The notes under the pieces: generated by a model
What the model was told of the DNA's origin: nothing
The model's database searches: none
Seen by the model: only the letters and a program-made list of their open reading frames with translations
NCBI GenBank assembly: GCA_964035545.1
Contig: OZ037771.1
Span: forward strand, 14,693,133 to 14,757,132
Reading direction: 5' to 3'
DNA: 64,000 bases
From: Bugula neritina
Lineage: Eukaryota > Animalia > Bryozoa
Shown here: positions 1 through 14,846 of the stretch, piece after piece
Numbering within the stretch: the first letter of the stretch is position 1
Layout of the letters: each line of letters begins with the position of its first letter
Made by a program: the position numbers and the translations under genes

Positions 1-78
1 ATATATGATATATATATATATATATTATAATAATATATTATACATTAATATATTATATATTATATATATAATAATATC

Positions 79-133
<55 letters not shown>

Positions 134-441
134 ATTATATTATATATTATATTATATATATATTATATATATATATATATATATAATAATATCATATATA
201 ATATATAAAATATATTATTATATTATATATTATATTATATATATAATAATATCATATATAATATATTATTATATTATATATTAAATTATATACATTATAT
301 ATATAATGATATTATATATAATATATATATATATATACATATAATAATATTATATATTATATATATAATGATATTATATATAATATATATGTACATATAA
401 TAATATTATATATTATATATATATAATAATATATATATAAA

Positions 442-533
<92 letters not shown>

Positions 534-568
534 GAACACACTACATTATATTATTATTATATATATAT

Positions 569-611
<43 letters not shown>

Positions 612-654
612 ATATATTATTATATATATAATAATAATATAATGTAGTGTGTTC

Positions 655-742
<88 letters not shown>

Positions 743-775
743 GAACACACTACATTATATTATTATTATATGTAT

Positions 776-812
<37 letters not shown>

Positions 813-869
813 TATTATATATTATTATATATTATTATATATATAATAATAATATAATGTAGTGTGTTC

Positions 870-913
<44 letters not shown>

Positions 914-965
914 GAACACACTACATTATATTATTATTATATATATAATAATATATAATAATAAT

Positions 966-1005
<40 letters not shown>

Positions 1006-1010
1006 ATACA
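1..1010. repeat. (TA)n/low-complexity tract with five alternately inverted copies of a ~28-bp unit
   Basis: Nearly pure TA/TAA. Unit TCTGAACACACTACATTATATTATTAT is forward at 531, 740 and 911, and reverse-complemented at 631-657 and 843-872. Confidence 0.95.
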
Positions 1011-1364
1011 TGCAAAATATTTACTACAAAATTCAAAAATAGCATAAATTAAATAGTATTACCGTGCCTATTTGCATCCAATTTACTAGTCTTACATTTA
1101 TAGCAACTGTAACGTATTTTGTGTATAATGGTTATTGCAAGCATTATTCAATTCATATTCACATTGTAATCACAGCGAAGCTTTAACTTTATAGCTTTGT
1201 ATTTATGTGCATGATTGAGTTTTAATTTTTTTTTAATTTTATATGCATTAAAAATGTGTTTAAAAACTTTACCAATAAACAAAATTTAAAAAAATGTACA
1301 CATAAAATAGAAAAAAAATAAAATAACAAAAGTGGCAAAATTTTTCCTTTATAACTTATATAAA

Positions 1365-1537
1365 CTCGCGGTACCAATCTCGGCATAATGGCGCCCATAT
1401 GATTCCGTAAGATTTGCTAATGGCAACACTCTTAAATATACCACACTGACATGACTACACTACAGCTTACTCAAGTTGATTTTCCGTTCAGCTTGAACAT
1501 AGCTCTGCAACTTCTCAAAACATATATGCCGGTGAGT
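1365..1537 (+). promoter_or_regulatory. Putative ANKH promoter and non-coding first exon
   Basis: Local CpG-containing patch with CCAAT, YY1-like ATAATGGCG, X-box-like TTTGCTAATGGCAAC (1413-1427) and a strong donor CCG|GTGAGT at 1531/1532. Inference only. Confidence 0.4.
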
Positions 1538-3442
1538 GACACATTTGCAATAAATAATAATTATATTCAGAAATAAATAAGCTTTTACTTTTGACAACTT
1601 GAAGTTACTTTAAATCGAGTTTTATTTGCCTTTGGTGTTCGCTGAAAACAACACTCACAGTCTGAGTCAGTGTCAGTCACACCAAACACTGAAACAGTAA
1701 AACTAGAAGCATTTTTTTAAATTGAAATTTTTAACGCTGCTCTAACCACTACCATTCACGGTTTATTTAATTCAATAATTTTGTATTTTATTATTAATCA
1801 CCATAGCTCTATCAGCAGATGTAAACTGACTGATGCAATAACTATAACTATATTCATATTGATATTGATATTGCATTGTCATCATGATTATGCCTGAAAC
1901 TAGAGTAGTACTAAAAGTAGCACTAAAAGTAGCTTTAAATAAGAGTTTAAGTTATAGCCACACCAACTCTGAACACAGGCTTTATAGTTTACTATAATAA
2001 AGTGCAAGTTTCATATTGTTTTTTTGCTATCCTTGATGCAGCTCTACAATAATTGTTATTTTACTTCTTTATAATTTGAAACTAATTTTATTTTTTTAGC
2101 AACCGTGTTAAGCTTTCCTATTCTCTATAATATAATCTAAGTGCTATCTCTTCAAACTGCAATATGTCAAGTTGTCTTCTCTACTTTTAGCTGTTGAGTT
2201 TACAATAACTAAAGTTGTCTTCCCTATTTCTAGGTCTATTTGGTCACTGTTATGACATTACATGAGCTTGGAAAGCTTTTGTTAAATCATTAGGCTACAG
2301 CTTTAATTGTATTCCCATAGCTATGTTAGCTACATTATGTTTTTCTCTGTTGTGATTGGTTAATATACAACAATTTTGGCTACTACAAAAAGCTATCTTT
2401 TTAGACTATTATAAACCTAGCACTTTCTGATGTTCACTCTCTTTTCTTTCAGTCTGTGATAATAAATACATATCTATATAGACAACAGTCACCATCAATT
2501 GTTAATATGTATCTACTAATTTCTGTGGTAGACCTTCATCCTTAAAACCTGAAAGTAGGTAAATTCTCAATGCTTCACAAATCACATAATTATAATAAAA
2601 TGCCAGATAGAGGCACTGATATAAAAGTCAAGGGATTTTAAATTTTCAGTCGGGAGAAAATGCTATGCACCACAGAGCTAGCCAAGTGACAAAATATTGT
2701 TGGTGAATAGTTTTCTATTTCTCATTACATGTTCAACCTAGTATCAAACTGAGTATATTTCACAGACTGTTATAATTAAAAGTAGTTACTGACATGCATG
2801 ATGAGAAATGTATGCCCCTCTTTAAATCACAGCCAATCTCCAAGTTTCAAGGCTAAATTTTAACTCTTGTCTTGTTATACTCTTTTCCTTTCCAGGATAA
2901 ATTCCAGCCCTTTACAATATTTATATTAACAATTCTGGGTCTGTTTTCTATCACGTGCCCTATACTTATACTACATCATACAGTGTTGACAGTTCACAAT
3001 ATAATACACCATAGCTTCTTTCATCTGCTAAAATTTCTCTTCCATTCAATGACCTTTAAATATAAACAAATACTAGTTGTTATGTAACCACTTGAATTAT
3101 ATAATATTAGTGACACAAGGGCAGCAACTACTATGTTGATGATGTAAGCTCAATGGCAGGCCCAACCAATCAGAATGCTGACAGCATGATGTACAATGAT
3201 GACATGACTCAAGTAGCTACAATCTAGCATAGTGTAGAATGTACTGAAAGCTGCAGGTGGGTTCTACTTCTACTTATCTCTCTTCATTTTCATTGAGTAA
3301 CCCTTGCTTAGTATATTTCGCTGTTTGTAGTTTTAGTAAAATCTGAGTTTGTTCTCTGACTAGCAAACACTACGTGCGTTTGTTGTATAAGATTAGAGTG
3401 TGTTGTGTTTGTATGAAATCCTAAAAAATACACGCAAGTTTA

Positions 3443-3636
3443 AAGTCAATATTCCTGTGAGAAACCCTGTCGGAAAGAGTTCTTTTAAAGCTGGCTAAGG
3501 ACTTATTCTAAGTGGCACAGGAGCAATTATGACTGAATGCTCTTCCTAACATCACTAATGACCTTTACTGGGGTTTAAACCCATGACTTCTTGTTTGCTA
3601 GGCAAGCGATCTAACCCCTAAACCACAACTGCTCCC
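3443..3636 (-). mobile_element. tRNA-derived SINE, copy 1
   Basis: Homologous to 42526-42724 and 32189-32305 (shared GGAGCAATTATGACTGRATGCT core). Minus strand has A-box-like TGGTTTAGGGG and B-box-like GGTTTAAACCC. Confidence 0.75.
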
Positions 3637-3789
3637 GTTTAGATTAAGTGCTAAACATGAATTAATTATTATCTAGTGATATGTGCAGTGAGAGTAGCGC
3701 TGTATAATATCTCTCTATCTTCTACTAGTTCTGTCTGTTTGCTGTCACAATCCACCTTCACTGTTGAAGGCAGCGTTGTACTCGGTTAT

Positions 3790-6700
3790 ATGAAGACACG
3801 TAACATGGAAGTCAAGTTGAACAGCGATGCCGATGGCGACTCTACACCACCCAGACTTACTAACCTGCAGAAGTTTGGAATGCTGTCTAGATTTATGCTG
3901 CCGCTGGTGATAACCAACATGGTGCCTGACGCTGCCGAACAGGTAAAGTTACTCGAGTGAAAGTTTAGCATGTTTTGAGTATTGCAAATCATTAGGCAAG
4001 CTTTCTTGTTAGGTAAATATTGAGAGGTCAGTAGTCTAGAGGTCAAAGAGCAATATTATAATATCTCTCTCTATGTCATGGTTGTGCAGGTACTTACAAG
4101 GGGGATAACTTCCATAGCCTCAGATGAGATGACCATGCTGTTAGCTAGCTATGGGCTGGCCTACTACGTCACTAAAATATTGCTCAATGTTGCTAGTAAG
4201 TTTTTATTGTTATTTTAACTTTTTGTTTGTTTGTGTTGCTATGGCAATCATTTCGTGTTGCCTGTTCTAAGAAATCTACCCTATTGATGAATTATTGTGT
4301 GCCTTGAGTATTATTTTAATGTATGGCAGGAGTTGTGATGGGATCAATGGTAGGGTGTCCGTGTGATATACTCATACTGAGTGCATAATGTGCGTTTTAG
4401 TACTGAGTGATTACACATAAGAATATAATATACTTAGTAAAAGTTCAACCGCAACTCCTAGCATTGCTGTAGCTACACAGCTATTGGCTTTACTTTCAGA
4501 CGAGCAGAGACACGTTGGTATAGTCCTGGTGAAAACTCGGCAAGATCATGTTCGTATGACCATATTCTCCATTGTAAATGGCATTTTCCTCTCTTCCCTC
4601 TTGCTCATTATAGGTTTGTTCACACTCTGCCAGTAATGTTGACTGCAATGTATTATAACCATCAGTTCTTTTTAGTTGAAATCCAGATACGCACATTTTC
4701 AATGTTATTTCTTGCTTTTCATTTTATTTATCTTTTAATATTAAAGCGTGTTTCATCTGTTTTGCTTTCAAAAGGTGTTTTTAAGTTTTTTCTGATAAAA
4801 TTTTCATTTATTCGAGGTTTGTCTTCCCTCTGTATTCATTCTATTTTTCAGGTTTATCTCCCCTGGGCATATTGTTGATCAGAGACTTGCACGGGCAAAG
4901 TGAGGAAGTGGCAACTATAACCTGTCGCATCATCACTTATCTCAGTCCCACTCCGTTCCTCGAAGCAATAGTGAGTGTTGAAAGCCTCGCAAACTATGTG
5001 GCGTAGTAATACAATATCACATTGTGGAATAGCAAGGCGTAGTAATATCATATCACATTGTAGAATAACAAGGCGTAGTACTAGTAATACCATAACACAT
5101 TGTGGAACAACAAGGCGTAGTAATACCATTTCACATTGTGAAGTAGCAAGGTGAAGTGATACAACAGTAGTATGTTAGTGTAGGCAGAGAAAGTTGTCTC
5201 AAAGGTGTCATTGCGTTGTCTTACTAAATGAGAAAACTCCTTCGAGAGTGGTTTGTAGATTTTTCCAGATAGAATGAGATCTGACTCATATTTTTGTCTA
5301 ATCGACAGCCTGGTTTCTCTACCCTTGGACTGTTTACTCAACTTCTGTATTTTCAGGCATACTACTTCGAAGGCGGGCTGATTGGCCACAAGTTCACAGG
5401 CTATGCTGGAATCGCAAAGATGACTGATTTTGCTATGCAGGTTTGTTTCTATGACAACATGGCCAGCGACTGTTGACAACTTGCGTGGTGAAGATTGTGT
5501 CCAATTCTCAGCTTTATTTGGTTTCCATGGCAACTGAAATTTCTTGTGACATTAAATAGTGTGACCCACGAAAGTATTATCATATATATGCATTCACTCT
5601 CTTCGAAAATTGACTTGCCGTGGCAAAAGATATTTATGCGAATAATTATGTAACGCTAGAATGTTGTTGTTGACTTATCTGTATTTTTTTTTCACAGACT
5701 GTCTTTACCGTCGCCCTCCTTTTCACATCCACTCGCACCGAGCCTGTGCTAGTGCCGGTATTCTCTCTGTACGCTGGTATCATCGGTAGATTGGTTATTG
5801 TCATTGGATTCTGGGCAATCTTAGTGAGGAGACTACTCCCGGACAGAAAACCGACTGAGGTATTCCATAGCAACTGTTGCTATGGAATTACTATTAGTAT
5901 ATTATATATTGCAAATAGCAATTAACCTTAGGGTAAAGGAATAATTAGCGTCGGGTGAAAGAGAGCTCGTCTTGACATAGTATTAGTTATAACATTGTAT
6001 ATTGATATAGAGCTCATTGTTCTGCAAGCTGTTTCCTGTGTAGGAACGCACTGAATGGTGCTGATGGAAGTGTACACTGGGATGTACTGTTTGTAGAAAC
6101 CTCTGACTGTAGCTTCAACTATCTGGTTCCTGATTCCGCTGGTTATGGTGCGGGTGGTGCAAGTTACGTCCCGTCCCATTATCAATCTGGTTGTTTCAAG
6201 AACTTTGTCTGAGACTTCAGGACCCAAGGCTGCAGCGCAGGCGAGTTACATGATTATATATGGTATAATTATATACAATATGATTATATACGGTATGATT
6301 ATATACAGTATTATTATATACAGTGTTATTGTATACAGTTTTATTGTATACAGTGTGATTGTGTACAGTATTATTATATACAGTATGATTATATACGGTA
6401 TTATTATATACAGTGTTATTGTATACAGTATTATTATATACAGTTTTATTGTATACAATATGATTATATACGGTATGATTATATACAGTATTATTATATA
6501 CAATATGATTATATACGGTATGATTATACACAGTATTATTATATACAATATGATTATATACGGTATGATTATATACAATGTTATTGTATACAGTTTTATT
6601 ACATATATTATATGTATGATTATATAGGCGGTGGCTGTGCTCACAGCTGTGTATCCTGCAGGTAGAGTTGTCTTTTCCTGGCTCAATGACCTCCGAACTA

Positions 6701-8338
6701 TTCCCCCGACCTTCCACAAGGTCACTCCACAGCACGAGAAGTTCAAGATTAAGGTGTGCTAGCTGTACCTGCTAAGGGTTGCTATAACCTACATCGTATA
6801 TTGAGTGTCACGTTGTAGACATAGTACTCAGTGTTACGTATTCCAACTGTTTCATTTGTTGCAGACGCTTAGCATATACGCCACGTTCTGCACGGTGTCA
6901 GCCTTCACTATCAACTTCCTGTTGTATATAATGCCCGGTGCTGCCTACTTTGTGATGAACACAATGATTGGTTTAAATAGTGAGCTGGCGGAGCTGAGCG
7001 TGCTGCCTCTGCGAATATACTCTATTGTGTGTCTCTGTAGTAAGTATTGTGTGTTTCTGTAGTAAGTATTGTGTGTCTGTAGTAAGTATTGTGTGTTTCT
7101 GTAGTAAGTATTGTGTCTCTGTAGTAAGTATTGTGTGTCTGTAGTAAGTATTGTGTGTCTGTAGTAAGTATTGTGTGTCTGTATTCATGCTCTTGATGTA
7201 TTATTCAGTTGGCCCTAGAGCTTATTTCACTGGAATTCTCATTATGAAAAAAAAGACTATGTACCTCACTCCGAGTGCCCTGTTCAGGTTCCTCGGGCTA
7301 ATTCTCTTTCTCTCTACTCTCGCCAACACCAGGTAACCGGCAGCTGTGTGCAGTTTTCTTTCATCTAGTAGATATGAGACGGTTTGTTCCGGCATTGCAC
7401 GCAGATTAATTTTTGGAAACTTGTGTTTCATCTTACAACAAATGTGTTGGAGTGTGAATTCATTATTCAGATTGATTTCAGCATAAGTTGACAACTCCTA
7501 AAGTGTGGACTTTTAGCAAAGCCGTGAAGTGTTTCAGTAATATGTTGATATATTTTGTTAATACCAATACACTGCTGGAAAATATTGCATCTGATAATTT
7601 TTCAATATGAAGATTGTTCAAACTCCTTACGTTCATGTAGTGTTGGAATAACCAATATTATCTTGACTATCAGCTTTATGAAGTTGTCTGCCCATACTAT
7701 AGTTTTGTAATTTGTGGGTGTCTTGAATTAGTATGTAGGACCTTGAACTGTGATTAAGTATTTATAGCTAATTGCTCTAATGAATAGTTGTGCACCCTCT
7801 ATTCATGCGTTCTACTTTGTTGATAACTTGCAGCACATTTCATATCAATTGAAAAACACTTCAATATACAGTTTTTAAATGAAGATGCAAAGGAATCCAC
7901 TTTCCAGACTTGTAACTGTAGGCTCCAACCTAACCACCGGGCCTTCAATTTATACTGTAGACTATCTGGGGCTGACCTTGGCATTACGTCTTTGTTGTTG
8001 GGATTTGTTCTGGAGGCCATATTTGTTGTTGCTGCCGTTACTTTTCTGAGATACAAGGTGGGCATCACTTTTATTACAAGCTGTCTTTGTATAATTTGTA
8101 GTAACCAGTTCAATCACTTGTTAAAGAGTACAAAATTTGAACAGGCAATTCGACGTCATGTCAAAATATATGCAGTTTGAGAATTTATTTAATCTTGTTT
8201 CTCTAGCCCAAGCTGTGTTCAAGGACCGAACACTCAGTGGAAGATGACTCTACTGGGACAGAGGCTATGCCTCTCAGTAACACAAACACGGGCTTTCCAT
8301 GTACCGATCTCAGATCGATCTCGCTGAGATCGATCTGA
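3790..8338 (+). CDS. ANKH: Progressive ankylosis protein homologue (ANKH family), ~511 aa, 12 coding exons
   Basis: Exons 3790-3942, 4090-4195, 4500-4613, 4852-4970, 5357-5440, 5698-5859, 6097-6240, 6628-6753, 6865-7039, 7209-7332, 7961-8057, 8207-8338, all phase-compatible. Motifs RFMLPLVITN..D..EQ, LASYGLAY, SRPIINLVVSR, AVAVLTAVYP, AELSVLPLRIYS, RAYFTG.L..KKT..L.PS and LSGADLG match ANKH. The exon 8 donor could alternatively be at 6720. Confidence 0.9.
5001..5165. repeat. ~36-bp intronic minisatellite, ~4-5 copies
   Basis: Unit GCGTAGTAATACAATATCACATTGTGGAATAGCAAG with variants. Confidence 0.85.
6250..6627. repeat. 15-bp minisatellite filling ANKH intron 7
   Basis: Unit ATGATTATATACAGT with variants, running up to the acceptor ATGATTATATAG. 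Confidence 0.9.
7023..7183 (+). repeat. 20-22-bp tandem repeat spanning the ANKH exon 9 donor
   Basis: Unit TATTGTGTGTCTCTGTA|GTAAG, ~8 copies; the first copy is the real exon end and donor. Confidence 0.9.
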
Positions 8339-9053
8339 GAAATGTGCTCAGATCGATCGTTTTTCCATGAGAGTGTCAGATCGATCTCGCGAAGTTGCCC
8401 CCTCTTAAGTGAAGGAGACTTTAAAAGTATAATTTGTTCACCTATTTGAGTGATTAAAGCTACTACTGTTGAAAACAAAATGCTCGTAGTCTAAAATTTA
8501 ATCCCAGCTATAAACTATACGCAGCAAAGCTTTCAGTGTATGATAATTTGGCCAATTTAAAATAATTAATTTTAATTTTTTAGCTTGACAGCTTATATAA
8601 AATTAATGGCTGTCTTGCAGATTATTAATAAACTTACAAGACTGTTGGGCTTAAAATTACAAAGAAAATAGCTAATGAAACTAAGTTTTAATAGTCATTT
8701 AAATTCAATTTAAATTTTCCCATTTTTTTCAACCTTCTACTGCATATAATTGAGTTTTCTTAATCATTGTACTGAAAGTCAAAGTTTTGGCATCTAAAAA
8801 AGTGGCTATCATAATTATTTAATACTTTGCTTAGTAATGATCAATAAGTCATCATTTTTATTAGCAGACAACATTGTAGCGCGCAGTCTTTTTCTACTTC
8901 TCAGATCGATCTGGCGTCTTTCCATGGTCTTATTGACATGAGATCGATCTGAGTTCGAGCTCTACAGACCGACCAGCTCAGATCGACTGAGATCGATCTT
9001 TGGCGTCTTTCCATGGATCGATCTCGCTGAGATCGGTCCATGGAAAGCCGGTG
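8287..9053. mobile_element. Non-autonomous DNA transposon (MITE), CMC/EnSpm-like
   Basis: TIRs CACGGGCTTTCCATG ... CATGGAAAGCCGGTG (1 mismatch), flanked by AA/AA (AAA also possible). Many subterminal AGATCGATCT palindromes at both ends; AT-rich non-coding interior. Confidence 0.88.
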
Positions 9054-9791
9054 AAAGAGTCAGCCTTGAGGTTCTAAGGCTAACCTACTTCTTTGTATAT
9101 TTATATTTTGATCCAATCATCTAGAGTTCAACCTACTTAACCTGGTGCTAGCAGTTAATGGGGTTATTTTAGCCAGTCCTCCATAACTTGGTAAATCATC
9201 TTCAAATGTTATAATGCCTGTTCCATGTGTTATATGATAAAATGGGGTTTGCATTGTACTCTTGTTTTTAGTATACCCAATAAATTCATGATTCTGCATA
9301 CAACTCAAAGTATAAATATGTGAACATTATTTGCAAACTATTAAAATGCACCAGAATGAATTTCTAGTATAATATTTTATTTTATACCTCCAAGCGGACC
9401 AACAAATATACTGTACAAATGAATAACTGACTAAATGATAATTATAAATTATACAATAACATGTGTGACAAATGTATAGAGTAATAAGAATACACATAAC
9501 CACAGTACAGCATCTTGTTTCGTATACATTATCACTTAGTATTGCAGTAGCCATACTAACATAACAGTGTAAGGAATGAGGGGACAACCCTGAAGTCGTT
9601 ATCTGGTAACAAACCATTACCAGCGCTTGATGTCACTCATGTGTCAGATAAATAAAGTTTTACCAAATAGTTGGGTCATTCGAATGCACGGTCTATCGAG
9701 AGGTCGACGAGAGTAAAAGATGAACAAAGTTGCGTTATGAGACGGGGCTGTCTAGAGCCGCCCAGCCTGTAGTGTGATTGCAGTACCAAAG

Positions 9792-13066
<3,275 letters not shown>

Positions 13067-13082
13067 TATTCACCTTGAGTGC

Positions 13083-13097
13083 GGGAATAAAAAGACC
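13083..13097 (-). promoter_or_regulatory. TCT/5'TOP-type transcription start motif of eIF4A
   Basis: Minus strand reads GGTCTTTTTATTCCC about 28 nt upstream of the ATG; typical of translation-factor and snoRNA-host genes. Confidence 0.6.
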
Positions 13098-14846
13098 TTA
13101 TTTCTGGCTGGTAAACCGGATAATCAAAATCGTTCCGCGAAAAGTTTAACCACAGAAAATTAATTTCATTTTCATTAATACAATAAAAATCATATTTTTT
13201 AATTTTTTTGAGAATTAATCTTTTTAATGTTGTTCCAATAATTTTACAAAAAAACCAATGTTATTTTTTTCAATGCTTGCATTCAATATCTAGTGTAGCG
13301 CAAGCACAACTAATTCGTGATTAGACGCATAAATAGCAGATGAAGTCCCCTACTTTGCACGGGGAAGTACCGAATGAAATGCCGAATTTCCCTTCATTTT
13401 AGCGTATAGATAGCTAACTTTTTTCCTTTGTTTATTCAGGCATGACCGATAACTCTGTTTTTACATTTTACAACACATTACTGATAAAAAAATACATTAT
13501 TGCTTCAATGGTAATCATGTTGTAAACTAAATGCAGAGAAATCAGTTGTCTTTGATTTTTTCATCATGATTAGATTTGAAATCTACGATTAGTATAAATA
13601 ATGAATTTATTTAGTGTGGTCTTTCAGCCATTGGTATATGTTATAATGCTTGAATAAATACCTGCAAAAATAAAATCCGTATTATGTTTAATTTTTTACA
13701 GCGCACCCTTAATTTTTCACACATAAGTACTTTTGCATAAGGTTACAAAGGTATATAACAATGTCTCACTTAGTATATAATAGGCTTACCGTATAATATA
13801 ATTAAGATATAACTAAATGCATGCAGACAGTTTAGGCTTTTTATATCTGCCATTTTATCTTTTCATACCTTAATTCATAGCTATACCTCAGAAAATATAG
13901 CTGATAAGAGTTTCTCCTGTAGTTTTGTTAGCACTTGGGAGAGACAAAATGCAGTGACTTTTCTCCAATACAATTATCATAATATTTGTTATATTGATCT
14001 CTCAGTTGGAAAACCTATAGCTGTCTTTATAGATATATATTCCCTCATCCCTAAATTTTGTGGTACTTTTTCCAGGTCAATAAACACCCGCTAAAAACTC
14101 TATATTGCCTAAACCCTTTGCAGGTAGAGCTAGACTAGGTGATGGAAGTCTTACTGTCTTTAGATGATGTTAAAATCCTAATATTATTTCATTCAACTGA
14201 AAAATGTGTGCTTGTTTTGGGAGTTATGTACACTTGTATGTTTAACCTTAAACTGCATTATCATGTAACAGCGTAGTAGTTATGAATATGTTAATTAAAA
14301 TCTTATAGTTCTAGCTGTGTTATATACAGTGTTTTTATATACAGTATTTTATAATTGAAAATTTATTTGATAGTCGAATAAGAGTTGATAAATACAATAA
14401 AAGCTGAAAACCCTGACTCTAATATAAAAGATGCAAATTAAACTAATAAAAACAAGTAGGACGGAATGCATTAAAAAGAGTTCTTATAAAATACAATAAA
14501 TAATTTACAGAATGCATGTAAGCATGTATATAACTTGTTTAATATACTTGTAGTGTTGACTATGTACAGACAACTCCTGACTAATGGCAAGGATTATTGC
14601 AATATAGTAATAATTATTATGCCAACATGTAAATTATGAAGAAATTAATATACCCTGTAAATAATTAAAGACAAAAAACATACTTAGAAAAAATTGAGTA
14701 ACTTATAAACTGTTATTGGTGACTCCAGGCGTCTATATTACAGCAATTATCTGCCCATGAAACCTTTTCTACAAAAATCTGTAAAATCGTGATCTAGCTG
14801 GCTGCCAGGAGTTGTCTCTCTCGTCACGAGAAAAGTCGACACACGA

